A stretch of 62,182 nucleotides of DNA from a virus. Its lineage: Duplodnaviria; Caudoviricetes. The position numbers and the translations under genes were made by a program. The stretch spans positions 1-62,182 of the IMG/VR virus record IMGVR_UViG_3300043464_000452, one strand, 5' to 3'. The stretch's first letter is position 1. The number at the start of each line of letters is the position of its first letter. The notes under the pieces were generated by a model. That model ran no database searches and had not been told where the DNA came from. It saw only the letters and a list, made by a program, of their open reading frames with translations. Of this stretch, positions 58,901 to 62,182 are shown piece by piece.

Positions 58901-61900
58901 ACATTCTCAACCTTATTAGACATGATGCTCTTATACTTATCTATTAGGTCATCATTTGTCTTTACTGCATCGAACTCTTTAGATACCTGATATGACAATG
59001 TCTTATCATAAATCTCATTCATGCTAGTATAAGAAGGCGTTCTATTATTTAAGAAGTCAAGTGCTTTCTTATAGTCCTGTACTTTATCAAGTGGAATATC
59101 CTCAGGGTTAATAGAAGTAAATTGATTTACTGCATCAGTCATTGAAGTATGGTTCCTAGACCTAGCCTGACGCTGTAACTTTCTTAACTCATCCATGTCA
59201 GCTGCATAGTTGGCATTGTCAAATACCTTCTCGATGTATGCAAGCAATCTATCAACCATGATAGGATTGTTTAGATTAACCTTACTAATTCTGTTTACTA
59301 TGGTCTTAGTTTGAGCAGTCGTTATAACTCCACCATCTTCAAACATACGTATTCCATCAGCTAATGCAGCTCTCTTCTTATTAAGGTCACCAGTAACTTC
59401 TTTAGCCTGCTTTATCTGCTCCTTAATTATTCTATCTCTCTCCTTAGCTAAATCAACGGTGATTGTTACAACGTCTTTCTTCTGGCCCAATACCTTCTTA
59501 GCACTAGGAGCACGCTTCTCACGCTTTTCGAGCTCCTTGTTTACATTTCGGACCATAGCCTCACGCTGTACATCAGTAGCGTTCTCGTATACCTTGGTGC
59601 CCATCAAGTAGTTAATAGCATTATTGATTGTATCTTCCTTAGATACACCACGTATGCGTGATTTAGATACTATACCCTTTTCACCGAACATGTTATTGAG
59701 TACTCGGTCATACCCAGGAGCAAACTCTTCAGTTACCTCAACCTTCTTAGCTGTTGGCACCTCCTTAGCTAACGCTTCATTAATAGCATCAGTATCTACA
59801 CCACTTCTTGTAAGTACATTTTTAATAGCAGCCTCAGAGAATCCTTGTGCTCTAGCCTTACTAATAAAGCTGCTAATATTATCACCTATCCTGAATCTTA
59901 TGTTTGATGTTTCTGCATCAAATGTCCCAATGTTTTCTGTTGCAGATTTAATCTGATTAGGATTCCAAATAGCTACAACAGTTCCTGAAAGATCTTTTAC
60001 CGCTTGCTTTGTATCCTCTTTATTTGTTGTTCCATAGAACATGTCTGCTAAATCATTAGCAATTACACCATCATACTCAGTATTATTATATGCTGAGTTA
60101 TTACCGGTAAGAGCTTCAATCAAATCAGATTTTCCACTAACAGTTTTATAACCAATATCTAAAGATGCATTATCCCATCCTTTCATATCTAAATTATCAC
60201 CATTAAATTCAAACGGAGATTTTACATTTAGGAATACCTCATATATTTTGCCTTCAAAAATGGAATTTAATCTGTCTATTTCTTGTGCATAAAAATCCCA
60301 GGTAACATTGTTTCTTGATTCAGATTGTTTTTCTTTTGCTTCACGTAATAGATTTTCTATTTCATTTCTATACTCTTTGCTTAAAGGTGCTTTTCTATAT
60401 AGATCAGCTAGTTTTTTATTTGATGTAAAATAATTAGCAAACTCTCTTAATCCACTCTTTTGTCTAACAGCTTTATTGATATCAAAAGATTCTATGTCAA
60501 CTGAAGGAGACCCATGATACATAACTAATGGTTCACCATTCTCATCAACAACCTTTGATGCATTCTCTGGATCATTCTCCCAATCACCAAACCATTTCTT
60601 AAACTCAGGAGTCCTTACTTGATTCCATTGAGCTTCATTTAAATTTGATGGCTTCCCATTAGGTGCAAGTCTTTGAGTTCTAGATTCTCTAGCTGTGCCC
60701 TTACCTGCATCCTTGGCTTTGAATTTAGGACTAACGGCTTCTCCTTTAAGCAAGTCAGCAAGACCTATATTGATAAAGTCATCAAGAGTAATTTCTTTAA
60801 GTCTCTGCTCAAAGTCAGTGCCCTTAAAAAATTGTTCGCTCGTAGTAAAGAATTCTTTTACATACTTAAACAATGAGTTCAACCAGTTCGTGAACTGCTT
60901 CTTCTTGGACTTATTAATTATTGTCTCACCCTTTGTAGCCATCAATTCTACAAGAGCTTCTTCTCTAGCTATTGGATTGTCACCATACTTTTCAATTGCT
61001 TTTTTCAAAGCATTAGTACCCTCTACTAACGATAAGCCTTTAGCAAGTAAAGCATCTCCTTTCTTACCTGAAGCTTTGGATCGTAAGAAGTCAATCCATA
61101 CGTGACCGAACTCGTGTATAGGTGTAGCAAGAGAATCTGAGTTAGGATTCAAGTATATCTTACCATCTTTAGTTAAACCAAGGATAGTAACTCCTCCAGA
61201 CTTTTGTGTTCTTACACCTTCTTGATTCAATACATTATCAAACTCTTCTTGAGTTCTAGATACAGTAACGTCAGGGAAAGCAAACCTTAACTTTGCAGCA
61301 AGTATATCAACATCGGTTGGGTTGATTGCAACCCTAGCATTTCTGAATGCCTTATCTATAAAGAACGCTCCCCCAACTTGATCAGCTATAGCACCTTCAG
61401 TTGGAAGTTTTCCCTCTCCTTTCTTTGGTTTTGTTTTCTTAAATACTCTAACTGCCTTTGCTTTCCATTCTGGAAACACATCAAGACCATGCTTAGGATT
61501 ACTAATCAAAGCAATCATTTGTCCCTTAGGGCCAAATCCATAGTTGCCATGCTCTACTGGAATAACTCCTCCGTTTAATACATCAATACCAACTACAGCT
61601 GCAATGTTTCCTCTAGGTATTCTTAACATTGCTGGCTCACCTATCGCATCATATATTGTATCTGCTAGAAAAGCTTTTGATTTTGGATCTTTATTAGAAC
61701 CAAATAATTCTTTCACTGGATTTTTTGATGCTGATTCAATACCCTGAGGTGAAACCATTAAATCAAATAGATTTGATCTATCTGTTAATGACAATGTATT
61801 ATCTAAGTCTCCTTTTGCTCTTGCTTTAGCATCTGCTACAACAGCATCAAATAATTTACCTAATGAATCTATATTATTTTTAGATATAAATTCAATAAGA

Positions 61901-62182
61901 TTTTCTTTATCACTTATTTTTTTAGATTCAATATCAGACTTCAATGCATTTAATGCAGCCTTTTGATTTTCTTCTGGTTGAGACTTAACTAATGGAGATA
62001 GGTATCTGAATACTGCTTCATTTGAATTTACAGCAGTGTCAGACATCCTCATAATGGCCATAGGAACATGACCATTTGGAAGCTTACCTTCTGCCCATAA
62101 CTTTTCAAATAAATCTTTATTGTTATTATAAGTGTCTAAAGCCTCTTGATATTGTGTCGTTGCTCCGTTCTCAGTTACACCA
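55918..62182 (-). CDS. C-terminal part of giant polyvalent virion protein (HExxH peptidase plus ART-PolyVal-like domain)
   Basis: HEFGH at 61102-61116; TPEFKKWFGDW...VVDENGEPLVMYHGS...YFT...YDGVI...NPNQIKSAT at ~59900-60670; frame joins 1..2577. Confidence 0.85.
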   Translation of the reverse strand, partial: GVTENGATTQYQEALDTYNNNKDLFEKLWAEGKLPNGHVPMAIMRMSDTAVNSNEAVFRYLSPLVKSQPEENQKAALNALKSDIESKKISDKENLIEFISKNNIDSLGKLFDAVVADAKARAKGDLDNTLSLTDRSNLFDLMVSPQGIESASKNPVKELFGSNKDPKSKAFLADTIYDAIGEPAMLRIPRGNIAAVVGIDVLNGGVIPVEHGNYGFGPKGQMIALISNPKHGLDVFPEWKAKAVRVFKKTKPKKGEGKLPTEGAIADQVGGAFFIDKAFRNARVAINPTDVDILAAKLRFAFPDVTVSRTQEEFDNVLNQEGVRTQKSGGVTILGLTKDGKIYLNPNSDSLATPIHEFGHVWIDFLRSKASGKKGDALLAKGLSLVEGTNALKKAIEKYGDNPIAREEALVELMATKGETIINKSKKKQFTNWLNSLFKYVKEFFTTSEQFFKGTDFEQRLKEITLDDFINIGLADLLKGEAVSPKFKAKDAGKGTARESRTQRLAPNGKPSNLNEAQWNQVRTPEFKKWFGDWENDPENASKVVDENGEPLVMYHGSPSVDIESFDINKAVRQKSGLREFANYFTSNKKLADLYRKAPLSKEYRNEIENLLREAKEKQSESRNNVTWDFYAQEIDRLNSIFEGKIYEVFLNVKSPFEFNGDNLDMKGWDNASLDIGYKTVSGKSDLIEALTGNNSAYNNTEYDGVIANDLADMFYGTTNKEDTKQAVKDLSGTVVAIWNPNQIKSATENIGTFDAETSNIRFRIGDNISSFISKARAQGFSEAAIKNVLTRSGVDTDAINEALAKEVPTAKKVEVTEEFAPGYDRVLNNMFGEKGIVSKSRIRGVSKEDTINNAINYLMGTKVYENATDVQREAMVRNVNKELEKREKRAPSAKKVLGQKKDVVTITVDLAKERDRIIKEQIKQAKEVTGDLNKKRAALADGIRMFEDGGVITTAQTKTIVNRISKVNLNNPIMVDRLLAYIEKVFDNANYAADMDELRKLQRQARSRNHTSMTDAVNQFTSINPEDIPLDKVQDYKKALDFLNNRTPSYTSMNEIYDKTLSYQVSKEFDAVKTNDDLIDKYKSIMSNKVENVEDYVALIKDINSFKRKAYQLLKNEAISQEEYNDLIDGAGKDQSKIEEKYAEQIKKIKSDLISEIKTQRPKTNPQFSNEENDLIRRYLELSDADLKSLSPEDLFVLNDLLYNISNGEIDPYRFSDVVSRAYTSSGIDPLAKQIDDSKFDMTSTEGRKELSENESSFWEGLLGMGRAKAGALQKFIVSPFNRAIASYENSMRKSFDEFLKLKKKYDIDNEQMNKIGMLTTYLQEYMAQFDPKNKGVDNIGKRDWFKEILSDKSMRSKYSTGKPSLKKMIGLGSSDIDVIEKIWKSLPKDKDGNVDPKAVYDSYIDDDGKFFNKKEKAFFDDVMKYKASEITPKQKIANEINGASFKEIPFHMMRVRLDGGKTQIAPTSSYESGVVRVKAGTGKERVSEAVGPIMTNFETLFIKGLEQTSRDYFLSKALKDINNTLSGVRKKINKDKLELLDTISYTLSDALAYEFERAESNLIFDTLLAARAAQTLLDPVRTGVELGATAVSFPTRAEKMFSGYKALFGEQKKMSKLLEFTDSPLRLRENINKAIDINEGSIEPQSRLTKMTTYLSGLPERTMMVTSWMPTFASEFQNITGEKFDINKFNDSSAYREKYGKAIREASAVADTQTEKIIGPTTKAGQRREIRILPKFLAGIFGREGTVSKSGIAGKILGFFSNYPYRETTEFINGFKESAELIRKGDVRGSLSKLQKPLGVSLNLAAYGFLGTLAYAGQLILLGDEDDEERGNEILESLLTPQGALEEFASNAASLVASKYSAGGKALLQLAATIAIESTDDEDQKAKIKKILKNSVFVDPLPVEDVDSFIGKDKALVAIARFVPQFVMIADRYNDLIGTKNEIKAIYDKVEKNGIQSLTKDEELQVLALNTSFTIIQAVLNVFYGTSIPAYNRIKTLMKNLKEEAGVAEVYKGEAPAKKKSSGGRGSSRGGGMNKTDMKKYNPELYNQMYGPGSAAYEVEQEVKAFEKEQREFKKKMKDQLYGGD
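62057..62182. repeat. Terminal overlap, right copy
   Basis: Identical to 2-127. Confidence 0.95.

Noticed and set aside
55918-62182. crAss-like virion RNA polymerase
   Set aside because: No DxDxD catalytic motif of the DFDID/DFDGD type seen in the giant protein; the motifs fit polyvalent-protein domains instead.
1-62182. Stop-codon reassignment, introns/inteins or lysogeny module
   Set aside because: Core genes are full length in the standard code with no evident interruptions, and no integrase or CI-like repressor was recognised.

Overview
This window is an apparently complete, circularly assembled lytic dsDNA tailed phage genome of about 62.06 kb unique sequence. Positions 2-127 recur at 62057-62182. 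The host is most likely Bacteroidota, because TAnnTTTG -7 promoter boxes precede most operons and Shine-Dalgarno sites are not evident. The minus strand carries the late module: GroEL/GroES, small basic proteins, lysis cassette, tail fibres, terminase, portal, scaffold, major capsid, short-tail (podovirus-type) proteins, a GNAT and ejection proteins. One of these is a ~2904-aa polyvalent protein that spans the contig junction and carries HExxH peptidase and ADP-ribosyltransferase-like domains. The plus strand carries small early genes (gp88-like, YubB-like, an RNA polymerase alpha-CTD look-alike) and recombination/replication genes (Sak-like SSAP, PD-(D/E)XK exonuclease, primase-helicase, SF2 helicase, VRR-NUC). 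I see no DNA polymerase, integrase, RT, CRISPR array or canonical tRNA. Best candidate for an undescribed system: a PAS-sensor/coiled-coil/2-TM protein translationally coupled between holin and endolysin, a possible signal-gated lysis device. Also notable are face-to-face promoters linking a wHTH regulator to the late operon, an overprinted basic microprotein inside the giant ejection gene, and a duplicated origin-like element. All family calls come from motif recognition by eye, not database searches.
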